A DNA stretch of 64,000 bases from Burkholderiaceae bacterium. Lineage in GTDB: Bacteria; Patescibacteriota; Saccharimonadia; Saccharimonadales; AQU-01. The stretch lies in the NCBI GenBank assembly GCA_043788365.1, contig JAYVTZ010000001.1, positions 7,800 through 71,799 of the forward strand. The letters run 5' to 3'. Below, in pieces: positions 8,713 through 19,849 of this stretch (its first letter is position 1; each line of letters opens with the position of its first letter). A program made the translations under genes and the position numbers. A model generated the notes under the pieces. That model worked only from the letters and a program-made list of their open reading frames with translations. It ran no database searches and was not told where the DNA came from.

Positions 8713-10683
8713 ATGAATAAGTTTGAACTTAGGAGTGATTATAAGCCAACCGGCGACCAGCCGTCGGCCATTGCTCAATTGACTAAGGGCCTGGTCGACG
8801 ATGTTAAGGAGCAGACACTTCTCGGTGTGACGGGCTCAGGCAAGACATTTACGATGGCTAATATTATTCAGAACGTTCAAAAGCCGACGTTGATTCTTAG
8901 CCACAACAAAACATTAGCAGCTCAGCTCTACGGCGAGTTTAAGAAGTTTTTCCCGAATAACGCTGTGCATTATTTTGTTAGTTACTTTGATTACTACCAG
9001 CCAGAGGCTTACATTGCTCGGTCGGATACTTATATCGAGAAAGATTCACAGATTAATGAGGAGATTGACCGTCTGCGCCACGCCGCGACAGATGCACTGC
9101 TATCCCGCAAGGACGTCATAATTGTTGCCAGTGTCAGTTGTATTTATGGTATTGGTTCGGTTGAGGACTATGACGGTTTGGCGATTGAGGTCGTTAAGGG
9201 CGAACGTAGAGTACGTGATAAGTTCCTGCGTCAATTAACAGACATTCAATATCAGCGTAACGATATTGACTTCCACCGTGGCACATTTAGGGTTCATGGC
9301 GATGTCGTTGACATTTTCCCGGCTGGTGAAGAGTTGGCTTATCGGATAGAGTTCTTTGGTGATGACGTGGAGCGGATTACTAAGGTTGATCCGTTAACTG
9401 GCGAAATTCTCGAAAAGCTTGACAGTTTTAAAATTTTTCCGAGTTCGCACTACGTCACACCATTTGAGAAGTTGAAGGGCGCTTTGGTCAATATCGAAGA
9501 AGAGCTAAAAGACCGGTTGGCGTTATTCAAAAAGAATGGTCAGTTACTTGAAGCCCAGCGCCTAGAACAAAGAACCCGCTTTGACGTTGAAATGCTCGAA
9601 GAGACCGGCTTCGTTAAAGGTATCGAGAACTACAGTCGCTACCTAACCAACCGTGAGCCAGGCGAACAACCAGCCACGCTACTCGACTATTTTCCAGATG
9701 ATTTTCTGATGTTTATCGACGAGTCGCACATGACGATACCGCAAGTTCGGGGCATGTATAACGGCGACCGCGCCCGTAAAGAAGTGCTTGTCGATTATGG
9801 CTTCCGTTTACCTAGCGCATTAGATAACCGGCCACTAACATTTACTGAATTCGAGAAGCACATAAATAAAGTCGTTTACGTTAGTGCCACACCAGCCCAA
9901 TATGAGCTTAGCCGTAGTCCAGAGCCTGCCCAGCAAGTTATTCGCCCGACAGGGCTTCTTGATCCAGTTATTGAGTTAAGACCAATTGAGGGTCAGATAG
10001 ATGACTTGATTGCTGAGATTCGCAAGACCGTTGCCAAGCGACAGCGCGTACTTATAACGACTCTTACGAAGCGCATGTCTGAGGATTTGACTGAATATCT
10101 CAAAGAAATAAATATTAAAGTAACTTATTTGCATAGTGACGTCGAGACTTTGGAGCGCACCGACATATTAAGAGATTTAAGACTTGGTATTTACGATGTT
10201 GTGGTCGGTATTAACTTACTACGCGAAGGTCTAGATTTGCCAGAAGTTAGCCTAGTGGCGATTTTGGATGCGGACAAAGAAGGTTTCTTAAGAAGCGAAC
10301 AAGCTCTAATTCAAACTATTGGTCGGGCCGCCCGTCATGAAGAAGGCCGTGTCTTAATGTATGCCGACCACATCACCGGTAGTATGCAACGAGCCATGGA
10401 TGAAACGACTCGTCGCCGCAAGATTCAGGAAGACTACAACACCGCTCACCATCAGAGCCCGGTCGGCATCACGCGCTCAATTGAAAAGGGTATGAGGCCG
10501 GAGCTAACCGAAGAGGCAAAATCAGTTAAATTGAATCTGAATAAGATTCCAAAAGACGAATACAAACACATTATTAAAGACCTGACAGGTCAGATGGATA
10601 TCGCTGCCCTAAACTTGCAATTCGAAACCGCCGCCGAACTGCGCGACATGATCACTGATATCAAAAAACGCCTCGAAAAGTAG
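8713..10683 (+). CDS. uvrB: excinuclease ABC subunit B
   Basis: 656 aa. Walker [17 protein letters not shown] motif, C-terminal UVR domain (FETAAELRD). Confidence 0.97.
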   Translation: MNKFELRSDYKPTGDQPSAIAQLTKGLVDDVKEQTLLGVTGSGKTFTMANIIQNVQKPTLILSHNKTLAAQLYGEFKKFFPNNAVHYFVSYFDYYQPEAYIARSDTYIEKDSQINEEIDRLRHAATDALLSRKDVIIVASVSCIYGIGSVEDYDGLAIEVVKGERRVRDKFLRQLTDIQYQRNDIDFHRGTFRVHGDVVDIFPAGEELAYRIEFFGDDVERITKVDPLTGEILEKLDSFKIFPSSHYVTPFEKLKGALVNIEEELKDRLALFKKNGQLLEAQRLEQRTRFDVEMLEETGFVKGIENYSRYLTNREPGEQPATLLDYFPDDFLMFIDESHMTIPQVRGMYNGDRARKEVLVDYGFRLPSALDNRPLTFTEFEKHINKVVYVSATPAQYELSRSPEPAQQVIRPTGLLDPVIELRPIEGQIDDLIAEIRKTVAKRQRVLITTLTKRMSEDLTEYLKEINIKVTYLHSDVETLERTDILRDLRLGIYDVVVGINLLREGLDLPEVSLVAILDADKEGFLRSEQALIQTIGRAARHEEGRVLMYADHITGSMQRAMDETTRRRKIQEDYNTAHHQSPVGITRSIEKGMRPELTEEAKSVKLNLNKIPKDEYKHIIKDLTGQMDIAALNLQFETAAELRDMITDIKKRLEK

Positions 10684-10772
10684 CATAACGGAGCAGGTGA
10701 CCTGGAGTTATCATAAAATTGTAAAATTACCCCTGTTGCTCGAGTAGGTTGTTCTGCTATACTGGGATTAAT

Positions 10773-11066
10773 ATGACTAACCTCACACGCGAAGATGTCT
10801 TAAAATTGGCCGAACTAGCTAAGCTAGAGCTGTCAGAAGATGAAGTTGATAAATTTGCGAGCGAAATTAGCGAGATTTTAGGTTACGTCGAGCAGCTACA
10901 ATCAGTTGACGTTAAAGGTCTTGAACCGACCTATCAAGTGACCGGACTTCAGAATGTTACCCGCAAAGACGAAATTATTAACTACGGTGTATTGCGCGCG
11001 GAACTGCTAAAGAATTTGCCCGAACAAGAGAATGGTCAAATCAAGGTAAAGCGGGTACTGACATGA
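10773..11066 (+). CDS. gatC: Asp/Glu-tRNA amidotransferase subunit C
   Basis: Typical GatC N-terminus MTNLTREDVLKLAELAKLEL. The track start at 10749 is a TTG extension. Confidence 0.88.
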   Translation: MTNLTREDVLKLAELAKLELSEDEVDKFASEISEILGYVEQLQSVDVKGLEPTYQVTGLQNVTRKDEIINYGVLRAELLKNLPEQENGQIKVKRVLT

Positions 11067-12499
11067 GTCAGTGGAAGTCGATCAAACAACTAGCTGATGA
11101 TGTCAACGCAAAGCGAACATCCGCATCCGATTTAGTTGCTACGGCACTTAAAACAATCGAAGATAGAAAAGACTTTAATGCCATTATCGCCACTACTGCC
11201 GAACGGGCTAGACAGCGTGCCAAAGATATTGATAACAAAGTTGCGAACGGCGAAAATGCTGGCAGGTTAGCTGGTGTGCCATTTATTGCCAAAGATAACT
11301 TTTTAGTTTTTGGGGCCGAAACGACGGCTGCTAGTAACATCTTAAAAGGTTTCAACGCACCTTATCAAGCGACAGCAATCGAGCGACTGGAAGCTGAAGG
11401 CGCTATTTGTGTTGCCAAGGCTAACCTCGATGCTTTTGCCCACGGTTCTAGTACTGAAAATAGTGACTTTTTCACAACACTTAACCCGCTCGATAAAACT
11501 CGTGTGCCAGGTGGTTCATCAGGCGGTTCAACGGCTGCCGTTATACTCGACATGGTACCGTTTGCGCTCGGTACTGACACTGGTGGTTCGATTCGCTTGC
11601 CGGCATCATTTTGCGGTGCCGTTGGCTACAAGCCGACTTATGGTCTCGTCTCGAGGTCTGGAGTGGTTGCGATGGCCAGTAGTTTGGATGTTGTCGGACC
11701 GCTAACTCGTACTGTCGAAGACGCTGCAATTGTGCTTGACGTCATGTCTGGCAAAGACCCACTCGACAGCACCGCCGTCGACAAAGATGAAAAAGGCTAC
11801 GAACTCATAACTCTCGGCCAGTCGGCGAAGCTCTCAGCTGTCCGGATTGGTGTTATCAAAGAATACATGGCAGAAGGCCTAGACGAAGAAGTTAAAAAGA
11901 GTATCGAAGCCTCAATTGCTAAATTAAAGGCCGCTGGTGCCGAAATAATCGAAGTTAGTCTACCGTCATTGCCACTTGCTCTAGCCGTTTATTATATCGT
12001 TTGTCCGGCTGAAGTCAGTAGTAATCTTAGCCGTTATGATGGCCAGCGCTATGGCTTTAGCGATAAAGAGGCAAAAAATCTGGACGAGAGCTATAAGCAG
12101 TCCCGCTCAATCGGTTTTGGTAACGAAGCTAAACGTCGGATTATGATCGGTACTTACGTGCTTAGCAGTGGCTACTACGACGCCTATTATAAGCGTGCTC
12201 AAATTGTTCGCACTAAGCTGATAAATGAATTCGCCGACGCCTTCAAACAGGTCGACTTCTTGATTGGTCCGACAGCACCGTCTACTGCCTTTAAAATTGG
12301 TGAAAATATAGCCGATCCGCTGAAGATGTATCTGACTGATATTATGACCGTTGCCGTAAACTTAGTCGGTGTGCCGGCGATAAGTTTGCCTAGTTTAATA
12401 GACAAAGGCATGCCCATCGGTTTACAGTTAATCGCACCTGCGTCACACGATCGTCAATTATTAGAAATTGCCTTAACTTCGGAAGGATTGTTAAAATGA
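11063..12499 (+). CDS. gatA: Asp/Glu-tRNA amidotransferase subunit A (amidase signature)
   Basis: 478 aa. GGSSGGS amidase signature. 4-nt overlap with gatC. Confidence 0.96.
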   Translation: MSQWKSIKQLADDVNAKRTSASDLVATALKTIEDRKDFNAIIATTAERARQRAKDIDNKVANGENAGRLAGVPFIAKDNFLVFGAETTAASNILKGFNAPYQATAIERLEAEGAICVAKANLDAFAHGSSTENSDFFTTLNPLDKTRVPGGSSGGSTAAVILDMVPFALGTDTGGSIRLPASFCGAVGYKPTYGLVSRSGVVAMASSLDVVGPLTRTVEDAAIVLDVMSGKDPLDSTAVDKDEKGYELITLGQSAKLSAVRIGVIKEYMAEGLDEEVKKSIEASIAKLKAAGAEIIEVSLPSLPLALAVYYIVCPAEVSSNLSRYDGQRYGFSDKEAKNLDESYKQSRSIGFGNEAKRRIMIGTYVLSSGYYDAYYKRAQIVRTKLINEFADAFKQVDFLIGPTAPSTAFKIGENIADPLKMYLTDIMTVAVNLVGVPAISLPSLIDKGMPIGLQLIAPASHDRQLLEIALTSEGLLK

Positions 12500-12900
12500 A
12501 CCACCTGATCTTGATTGCGGTGACGGCAGTCGTCACGCTTTTAATCGCATATCTTGTTAATAACTTTCTAAGAAACAAACGCCGCGTAAAACGCTACATC
12601 GAAAAATGGCAAGATTTACAAAGATACTGCGCCAGCAAAGAAACCTGGCCGTTGGCAATAATTTCAGCCGATAAACTACTCGATGATGCCCTAAAAAACC
12701 GACGCATGAAGGGAAAGACGATGGGTGAGCGCCTAGTTTCGGCACAGCACAAGATTAATGACAATGACGGCGTTTGGTTCTCGCATAATCTCGCCAAGAA
12801 GTTGATGGACGAAACGACCGTACGACTAGTGCAGGCTGACGTTAAGAAATCACTGGTCGGCGTTAAGCACGCTCTAAAGGATCTCGGAGTGACGGTGTGA
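12496..12900 (+). CDS. small N-terminally membrane-anchored protein inserted between gatA and gatB
   Basis: 134 aa. One TM helix (LILIAVTAVVTLLIAYLV). ATGA and GTGA overlaps on both sides. Confidence 0.72.
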   Translation: MNHLILIAVTAVVTLLIAYLVNNFLRNKRRVKRYIEKWQDLQRYCASKETWPLAIISADKLLDDALKNRRMKGKTMGERLVSAQHKINDNDGVWFSHNLAKKLMDETTVRLVQADVKKSLVGVKHALKDLGVTV

Positions 12901-14360
12901 GCAGTGATGACTATTTACCAACTATTGGTATCGAGTGTCACGTTCAGCTAAGTACTGTGACAAAACTTTTTGCAGGTGTTGGCAATGATGCCCGTTCGGC
13001 CGAGCCGAATACGCTTATTAGTCACATCTGTTTGGGTATGCCAGGAGCCTTGCCTGTACTTAACGATCAGGCAGTTGAGTTTGGGGCCAAGGCCGCCTAT
13101 GCCTTGAATACAGTTCCGTCTGTGTTTAGTAAATTTGACCGCAAACACTATTTCTATCCCGATCTTCCAAAAGGTTATCAAATCACTCAATTTGAACAGC
13201 CGATTGTGCTCGGTGGTTATGTTGAAATTGATGTTAATGGTATCAAGAAAAAAATTGGTATCACCCGTGCCCATCTTGAAGAAGATGCCGGCAAGAACAC
13301 CCATCCGACAGGCAAAGACTATAGTCTAGTTGACCTTAACCGCGCCGGTACACCACTACTCGAAATTGTCTCAGAGCCGGACATTAAGAGTCCGGAAGAG
13401 GCCAAGGCCTATGCCCGCGAGCTGTATTTATTAGTGAAATATGCCGATATATCTGACGCTGACTTGTACCACGGTAATATGCGTTTTGATGTCAATGTCT
13501 CACTTAGTAATGATCCTAGCGTTTTAGGAATTAGGACGGAGACTAAAAATCTAAATTCGTTTAGAAGTGTCGAGAAGGCTGCTGAATATGAGATTAAACG
13601 TCAAACCGAACTGTTAAAAAAAGGTGAGAAAATTGCTCAAGAAACCCGTGGTTGGGACGACGCCAAACAGCGGACTTTCTCACAGCGAGGTAAAGAGCAC
13701 GCCCATGATTACCGTTATATGCCCGAACCAGATGTGCCACCGGTAGTGCTTAGTCCTGAGTTTATTGCTCGAATTAAAGCCAGTATGCCGGTGATGCCAC
13801 AGGAGTGGCGCAGTCGGCTTGAGTCACTCGGTATGAACCGTAGTCAAATCGATACTTTGCTCGAGGCCGAAATTGAAAATGAAACGGTAGATTACCTACC
13901 GCTAATCGAGGCTAACCTGAGTACTCCGGAAATCGCCAAATTCTTAGCTAATTACTTTGTGAACATAGAGATTCCACTGCGCCGCGACGAAAAGGCTAGC
14001 GACAAGTTAGATAACGAGTCCAGAGCCAAGATATATGCGGAAATTGAAAAACTGATTAGCTCTAATAAGTTAAGCTCGACCAGCGCTAAGTCACTACTAA
14101 CAAGCTTATTGACGGACGGACTTTTGCCGGAAAACATCGAAAAATATGCTACCGAACAAGGCTATATTCAAGTCTCCGATGAAGCCGAAATTGAGAAAAT
14201 TGTTGAAGCGGTACTGACCGAGAATCCTGACGCTGCTAAAGATGTCAAAAATGGTGAAATGAAAGCGATTGGCTTCTTAGTCGGCCAAGTAATGAAAAAG
14301 TCACTCGGCAAGGCCAACCCAGGCATGGCCCAGGAACTGATTAAGAAAAAACTAGCTTAA
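12897..14360 (+). CDS. gatB: Asp/Glu-tRNA amidotransferase subunit B
   Basis: 487 aa. IGIECHVQL N-terminus and C-terminal GatB/YqeY domain. GTG start. Confidence 0.96.
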   Translation: MSSDDYLPTIGIECHVQLSTVTKLFAGVGNDARSAEPNTLISHICLGMPGALPVLNDQAVEFGAKAAYALNTVPSVFSKFDRKHYFYPDLPKGYQITQFEQPIVLGGYVEIDVNGIKKKIGITRAHLEEDAGKNTHPTGKDYSLVDLNRAGTPLLEIVSEPDIKSPEEAKAYARELYLLVKYADISDADLYHGNMRFDVNVSLSNDPSVLGIRTETKNLNSFRSVEKAAEYEIKRQTELLKKGEKIAQETRGWDDAKQRTFSQRGKEHAHDYRYMPEPDVPPVVLSPEFIARIKASMPVMPQEWRSRLESLGMNRSQIDTLLEAEIENETVDYLPLIEANLSTPEIAKFLANYFVNIEIPLRRDEKASDKLDNESRAKIYAEIEKLISSNKLSSTSAKSLLTSLLTDGLLPENIEKYATEQGYIQVSDEAEIEKIVEAVLTENPDAAKDVKNGEMKAIGFLVGQVMKKSLGKANPGMAQELIKKKLA

Positions 14361-14389
14361 GTAGTTTGAAGTAGGCTACAATCAACTAT

Positions 14390-15289
14390 ATGAACAACAA
14401 ACCCGTTAGAAAAGCAGTTATCGCCGCCGCCGGTTTTGGCACCAGATTTTTACCCCAGACCAAAGCGATGCCAAAAGAAATGTTACCGCTAGTCGATAAG
14501 CCAGTAATTCAATACGTTGTTGAAGAGCTCGTTTCAGTCGGCATTGAAGACATAATAATTGTGACCAACTCAACTAAGCGTAGTATCGAGGATCACTTTG
14601 ACCGCCCACCAGCTGACCTAATTAGTAACTTAAAAGAAGGTGGTCCGAGCAAAGCCCATTATATAGAGGAAATTAAGGCCATTGGTGATATGGCTAACTT
14701 TATCTACGTTCGTCAGAAAGGTCCGTATGGTAATGGCACGCCACTACTTAACGTTGCTCACCTGATTGGTGACGAGCCGTTTATCTACACCTGGAGTGAT
14801 GATTTTATCGTGGCTTCACCGGCTAGGTTTCAGCAAATGATTGATGTTTATAAAGAGTACAACGCAACTGTAATGGGTGCGGTAAAAGCTAAGACAGATG
14901 AAGATTATGGTCGTTATGGCTTTGCAGCGGGTAACGAATTACGTAGTGGCATTATTGACGTGCAACGAATTGCTGAAAAGCCAGGCAAAGAAAATGCCCC
15001 ATCTGATTTAGCTACAGTTAGTGGCTGTTTATTCATGCCAGAAATCTTTAGTTACCTAGAGAAGGCGTTAATGGATTTGAAGCCTGACCATGAGCTCTAT
15101 TATAACGACGGTATTCAGTTGATGATAAACGACGGGCATCGCGTTATAGCGGCTGAAATTCAGAATGGTAAATATTATGATGCTGGCAGTAAGCTGGAAT
15201 ATCTGAAAACAGTTGTCGACTTTGCCCTTAAACATGATGATATCAAAGATGAGTTTAAGCAGTATCTAAAGGAAACTATTACTGACTAG
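14390..15289 (+). CDS. galU: UTP--glucose-1-phosphate uridylyltransferase
   Basis: AAGFGTRFLPQTKAMPKEMLPLVDKP N-terminal signature. Confidence 0.93.
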   Translation: MNNKPVRKAVIAAAGFGTRFLPQTKAMPKEMLPLVDKPVIQYVVEELVSVGIEDIIIVTNSTKRSIEDHFDRPPADLISNLKEGGPSKAHYIEEIKAIGDMANFIYVRQKGPYGNGTPLLNVAHLIGDEPFIYTWSDDFIVASPARFQQMIDVYKEYNATVMGAVKAKTDEDYGRYGFAAGNELRSGIIDVQRIAEKPGKENAPSDLATVSGCLFMPEIFSYLEKALMDLKPDHELYYNDGIQLMINDGHRVIAAEIQNGKYYDAGSKLEYLKTVVDFALKHDDIKDEFKQYLKETITD

Positions 15290-15328
15290 TATTTAGTTTT
15301 TAGATTGTACTGTATAATTGAGATATCT

Positions 15329-15601
15329 ATGAACACAGACGAAAGAATTCTAGTAGTACTGCTGTCAATCGCTCTTGCAACGTTCTTGATTCTAAGCATC
15401 ATTGCAGTTATTAAGGTTATTGAAATTCTAAATAATATCAAGAATATTACCGAAAAAGCCGAAGACTTTGCCGATAAAGCCGAAGCCGTTGGTGAGTTTT
15501 TCCAAAAGACTGCTGGCCCGGCAACCTTAATCAAGGCCTTGTCTAAAATTGCACGCAATTATAACGGTAATAGTAATAATAAAGGGAGAGGCAAGTCGTG
15601 A
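15329..15601 (+). CDS. DUF948-like small membrane protein
   Basis: One TM helix plus a helical tail. Classic pairing with a downstream YtxH gene. ATG 15329 preferred over TTG 15305. Confidence 0.6.
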   Translation: MNTDERILVVLLSIALATFLILSIIAVIKVIEILNNIKNITEKAEDFADKAEAVGEFFQKTAGPATLIKALSKIARNYNGNSNNKGRGKS

Positions 15602-16026
15602 AGAAATCTACTGAGAAGTTTGCAATTGGTACGGCAATTGCCGCCGCCGCAGGCTATGTTGCCGGTATATTAACTGCCCCTAAAAGCGGTAAGAATACCC
15701 GAATCGATATCCATAGTGCTACCGCTAAAAAGCGCTCAGAGACCGAGCACAAGCTCAAGTCTGTACATAGCGAGCTCAGTGAGCTTATAGATTTAAGCAA
15801 AGAGTCAGTCGATAAGCTTCAGGCCAAAGCCAGTGAAAAATTATCAACTACGCTTAAGTCAGCCCAATCCGCCAAAGATAAGGCGCGCGAAATGCTTTCG
15901 GCAGTACATGAGGGTGGCGCTGAAGACGAAGATCTACAGACGGCCATTAATGACGTCAACAAAGCTATTACACATTTAAAAAAGTTCCTGAAAGCTGAGA
16001 AACCCGTCAAAAAAGCTAAGTCCTGA
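15598..16026 (+). CDS. YtxH-domain protein
   Basis: GTAIAAAAGYVAGILTAPKSGKNTR motif. GTGA overlap with the previous ORF. Confidence 0.75.
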   Translation: MKKSTEKFAIGTAIAAAAGYVAGILTAPKSGKNTRIDIHSATAKKRSETEHKLKSVHSELSELIDLSKESVDKLQAKASEKLSTTLKSAQSAKDKAREMLSAVHEGGAEDEDLQTAINDVNKAITHLKKFLKAEKPVKKAKS

Positions 16027-16201
16027 TAGTAGTGGGTCGAGTTGTGGCTTGGCAGTGTTAGGAGTTATCTATTAACGTGACTCTAATTCGTCCATGCCAG
16101 TAAACATCCTTGCCGTTGTAAAAATCAGTATTTTAGTTCAAGACCCCAAAGCTTACCGACATTTTAAGGTACAATATATAGATATAAATAGGGATTAATG
16201 A

Positions 16202-19200
16202 GTGCCGGGAAAAACCTTAGAGTCTAGTGACTATGTACACCTACATAATCATACGCAATACAGTCTATTAGATGGTTTGACCAAGATACCAGAGCTTGTT
16301 GATGCTGTAAAGTCGTTTGATATGTCGGCCGTGGCTATTACTGACCATGGCACGATGTCGGGTGTGATTGAGTTTTATAAGACTGCTAAAGCGGGTGGCA
16401 TAAAGCCATTGATTGGCATGGAAACTTATGTTGCACCTAGAACTCATGTTGATCGTGACCCGTCGAAAGATAAGACTCCCTTTCATCTTATATTGTTAGC
16501 AATGAATAACCAGGGTTATCAGAACTTAATGAGGCTAAGTACGACCGCTAACCTCGATGGTTTTTATTATCGTCCTAGAATTGATCATGACCTGCTCGAG
16601 AAATATAACAAAGGTCTAATTGTGCTGAGCGGTTGCATAGGTGGTGAGATTAGTGATGCGATGCGTCAAAATCAGTATAGTCAGGCCAAAAAAATCGCTG
16701 AGTGGTATAAATCAATTTTTGGTGACCGCTATTACCTTGAAATACAAGACCATGGTCACGCTGACCACCCAGCCAGATGGGATGAACAGTCTGCAGCCAA
16801 TGAGCAGATTTTGAAACTTGGCAAGGAACTAGATATTAAGGTAGTGGTGACCTGTGATGCTCACTATTTAAGACACGATGACCAAGAAGCACATGAAATC
16901 TTATTATGTGTTCAAACTGGTTCATTCTTAAGCGACGAAAAGCGCATGTCATTAAAAGAATTTGAGCTACACGTTACCGACCCAAAAGAAATTATCAAGC
17001 GTTGGGGCGATGATTACCCAGACGTTGTAAAGAATAGTCGTGAGATTGCCGACCGTTGTGAGGTTGTGCTAGAACTCGGAAAGATTTTGATACCGCAGTT
17101 TCCAGTCCCGAAAGGCGAGAGCGAAAAGTCGTATCTACATAAGCTAGCATGGAGCGGCTTGGCTTGGCGCTATGGAAAGATTGATAACGATAAAGCCTTC
17201 AAACTGACAATTCAACAGGCCAAGAAGACGCTAACAACAGAAATTGTTGAGCGAGCTCAGTATGAACTAGAGATAATGGATTCTATGGGCTTCAACGGCT
17301 ATTTTCTAATCGTCCAAGACTTTATAAATTGGGGCAAGGATCAGGGTATTATTTTTGGGCCCGGGCGCGGATCAGCCGCTGGATCGATTGTGGCCTATGC
17401 GCTTCGTATTACAGAAATAGAGCCTCTGAGATATAACTTAATGTTTGAACGATTTTTAAACCCAAGTCGAATAAGTATGCCTGATATAGACATCGATATA
17501 CAAGATTCACGTCGTGATGAGGTGATTGAATATTGTGTCGAAAAATACGGCAAGAATCGTGTTGCTAACATTGTCACCTTTGGTAGAATGGCGGCTCGCA
17601 ACGCTGTCCGTGATGTATCTCGGGTATTACAGGTGCCATATGCTGAAGCCGACCGATTGGCTAAAATGATTCCACCACCAATCCAAGGACGTCATATACC
17701 GCTTGCAAAATCAATTGTTGATGACCCTGATCTAAAACGAGAGTATGAGGCTAGTGATTTAACTAAGAGAGTCTTTGATTTGGCAATTCGTTTAGAGGGT
17801 ACCATTCGTTCACATGGTGTTCATGCTGCTGGTGTTGTCATTGCCCCAGATGATATCGTCAAGTTCGCGCCTCTTGAGATGGCACAAAAGGGCGTGGTTT
17901 CGACGCAGTATTCGATGGGACCAATTGAAGAACTAGGTCTACTCAAAATGGACTTTTTGGGGCTTTCTAATCTGACGATTATAAAAAATGCACTGAGAAT
18001 TATTAAAAAAGTTTACAAAAATGACATTGATTTAAGTACGATACCAGTTGATGATTCTAAGACGTTTGAGCTACTGCAGCGAGCAGACACGACTGGTGTC
18101 TTCCAGCTTGAATCAGCGGGTATGAAACGTTACTTAAAGGAGCTAAGACCGACACTATTCGACGATATTATTGCAATGGGTGCTTTGTATCGTCCTGGGC
18201 CAATGTCAGAGATCCCGCGCTTCATCGAAGGTAAGAATAACCCTAGTTCAATTAGTTATCTTCACGAATCACTTGAGCCAATCTTAAAAGATACTTACGG
18301 TGTTATGGTCTATCAAGAGCAGATAATTAAGCTGCTGCAGCTTGTGGCCGGATATACTCCAGGTGAAGCTGACTTGGTGCGAAAGGCGATTGGCAAGAAA
18401 AAGCGTGACATCATGGAGGCAGAGGAACCGAAGTTCATCGAGGGCTGTATTAAACAGGGTCTGAGCCGGGCCGACGCTGCCAAGCTATGGTCACAAATCC
18501 AACCATTTGCTGATTATTCGTTTAACAAGGCGCATGCCACTTGCTATGCCCAGATATCATACTGGACTGCGTATCTAAAAGCACACTATCCAGCAGCATT
18601 TATGGCGGCGGTAATGACCAGTGACTACGATGATATCGATCGCCTGAGCATTGAAATCGGCGAATGTAAACACATGGGTCTAGAAGTTTTAGCGCCAGAC
18701 GTTAATCAGTCATTCGGCGAGTTTGCGGTTGTTCCAGGCAAAAGCAATCAGCAAGCTCAAATACGCTTTGGTATGAATGCCATCAAGAATGTTGGTGCTG
18801 GTGCAGTCGAAGAGATTATTAGGTCTAGAGAAGTTGACGGTAAATTCGTCAGTTTAGAAGATTTCTTTGCCAAGGTAAGTCCAAGAATTGTTAATCGCAA
18901 AGGTTTGGAAAGTTTAATTAAAGCTGGTGCCTTTTCGGAGTTTGCTGACAGAGGACTCCTTCTTAATAATATTGATACGCTACTAGCCTATGCAAATCGA
19001 CTACAAAAGGAGAAAAACAGTGGCCAAACCGACCTATTCGGTAATCAAGCTGAGTCTGGGGCTATGACTCCTAAGCTAGTTTTAGATGACTCTGGTCCAA
19101 GCTATGTTACTCGCGATGAACTACAGTGGGAGCGGGAACTGCTTGGGCTTTATCTTTCTAGCCATCCCTTAGAGCAGTACAGATTGTTTCTGGAAGAGCA

Positions 19201-19834
19201 AACTGTACCGCTGAGTAGCCTCAAGCCAGAGCACGACGGCAAAATGGTTACGGTCGGTGGTATTGTCGTAGACTTTAGAGAGATTTCCACAAAGAATGGT
19301 CAGAAAATGGGCTTCGTAAAACTAGCAGACCAAAATGGTGAGGCGGAGCTAGTTTTATTTCCATCGATTTACCAGCAAACAATAGGTACGTGGGAGCGAG
19401 ATAGGGTATTACTGGTTAAAGGTAAGATTAACGGCAAAGACAAGGCAGGTAATATCCACAGCGACTTAAAAATACTTGTTGATGATGCGCGTGAGGTCAC
19501 CTTTGAACAAGCATCGGCCTATGTTTCGACCGGTAAAAAACCCAAAACGCCTAAACCAACCAAAGTGTTAAACCGCCAAAATATGCCAGAGGACGATAGA
19601 GTAACTACTCCAAAACGTCTGTATATCAGGCTAGCTTCATCAGATGATACCAGTAGTCTTCTGGGGCTTAAAAAAATTGTCGACAGCAATCCAGGCGATA
19701 CAGAGGTTGTTTTAGTAATTGGCGAAGATGCAAACAAACAAATACTGAAGTTACCGCAAAAGATCGATCAAGGTCAGGCCGCACTAGACAAATTATTTAG
19801 TTTGGTCGGAGAACCTAACGTTAAGTTCCAGTAA
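16202..19834 (+). CDS. dnaE: DNA polymerase III alpha subunit
   Basis: 1210 aa. N-terminal PHP domain (HLHNHTQYSLLDG), polymerase core, OB fold. GTG start. Confidence 0.97.
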   Translation: MPGKTLESSDYVHLHNHTQYSLLDGLTKIPELVDAVKSFDMSAVAITDHGTMSGVIEFYKTAKAGGIKPLIGMETYVAPRTHVDRDPSKDKTPFHLILLAMNNQGYQNLMRLSTTANLDGFYYRPRIDHDLLEKYNKGLIVLSGCIGGEISDAMRQNQYSQAKKIAEWYKSIFGDRYYLEIQDHGHADHPARWDEQSAANEQILKLGKELDIKVVVTCDAHYLRHDDQEAHEILLCVQTGSFLSDEKRMSLKEFELHVTDPKEIIKRWGDDYPDVVKNSREIADRCEVVLELGKILIPQFPVPKGESEKSYLHKLAWSGLAWRYGKIDNDKAFKLTIQQAKKTLTTEIVERAQYELEIMDSMGFNGYFLIVQDFINWGKDQGIIFGPGRGSAAGSIVAYALRITEIEPLRYNLMFERFLNPSRISMPDIDIDIQDSRRDEVIEYCVEKYGKNRVANIVTFGRMAARNAVRDVSRVLQVPYAEADRLAKMIPPPIQGRHIPLAKSIVDDPDLKREYEASDLTKRVFDLAIRLEGTIRSHGVHAAGVVIAPDDIVKFAPLEMAQKGVVSTQYSMGPIEELGLLKMDFLGLSNLTIIKNALRIIKKVYKNDIDLSTIPVDDSKTFELLQRADTTGVFQLESAGMKRYLKELRPTLFDDIIAMGALYRPGPMSEIPRFIEGKNNPSSISYLHESLEPILKDTYGVMVYQEQIIKLLQLVAGYTPGEADLVRKAIGKKKRDIMEAEEPKFIEGCIKQGLSRADAAKLWSQIQPFADYSFNKAHATCYAQISYWTAYLKAHYPAAFMAAVMTSDYDDIDRLSIEIGECKHMGLEVLAPDVNQSFGEFAVVPGKSNQQAQIRFGMNAIKNVGAGAVEEIIRSREVDGKFVSLEDFFAKVSPRIVNRKGLESLIKAGAFSEFADRGLLLNNIDTLLAYANRLQKEKNSGQTDLFGNQAESGAMTPKLVLDDSGPSYVTRDELQWERELLGLYLSSHPLEQYRLFLEEQTVPLSSLKPEHDGKMVTVGGIVVDFREISTKNGQKMGFVKLADQNGEAELVLFPSIYQQTIGTWERDRVLLVKGKINGKDKAGNIHSDLKILVDDAREVTFEQASAYVSTGKKPKTPKPTKVLNRQNMPEDDRVTTPKRLYIRLASSDDTSSLLGLKKIVDSNPGDTEVVLVIGEDANKQILKLPQKIDQGQAALDKLFSLVGEPNVKFQ

Positions 19835-19849
19835 ATCTGTAGTACGGCT

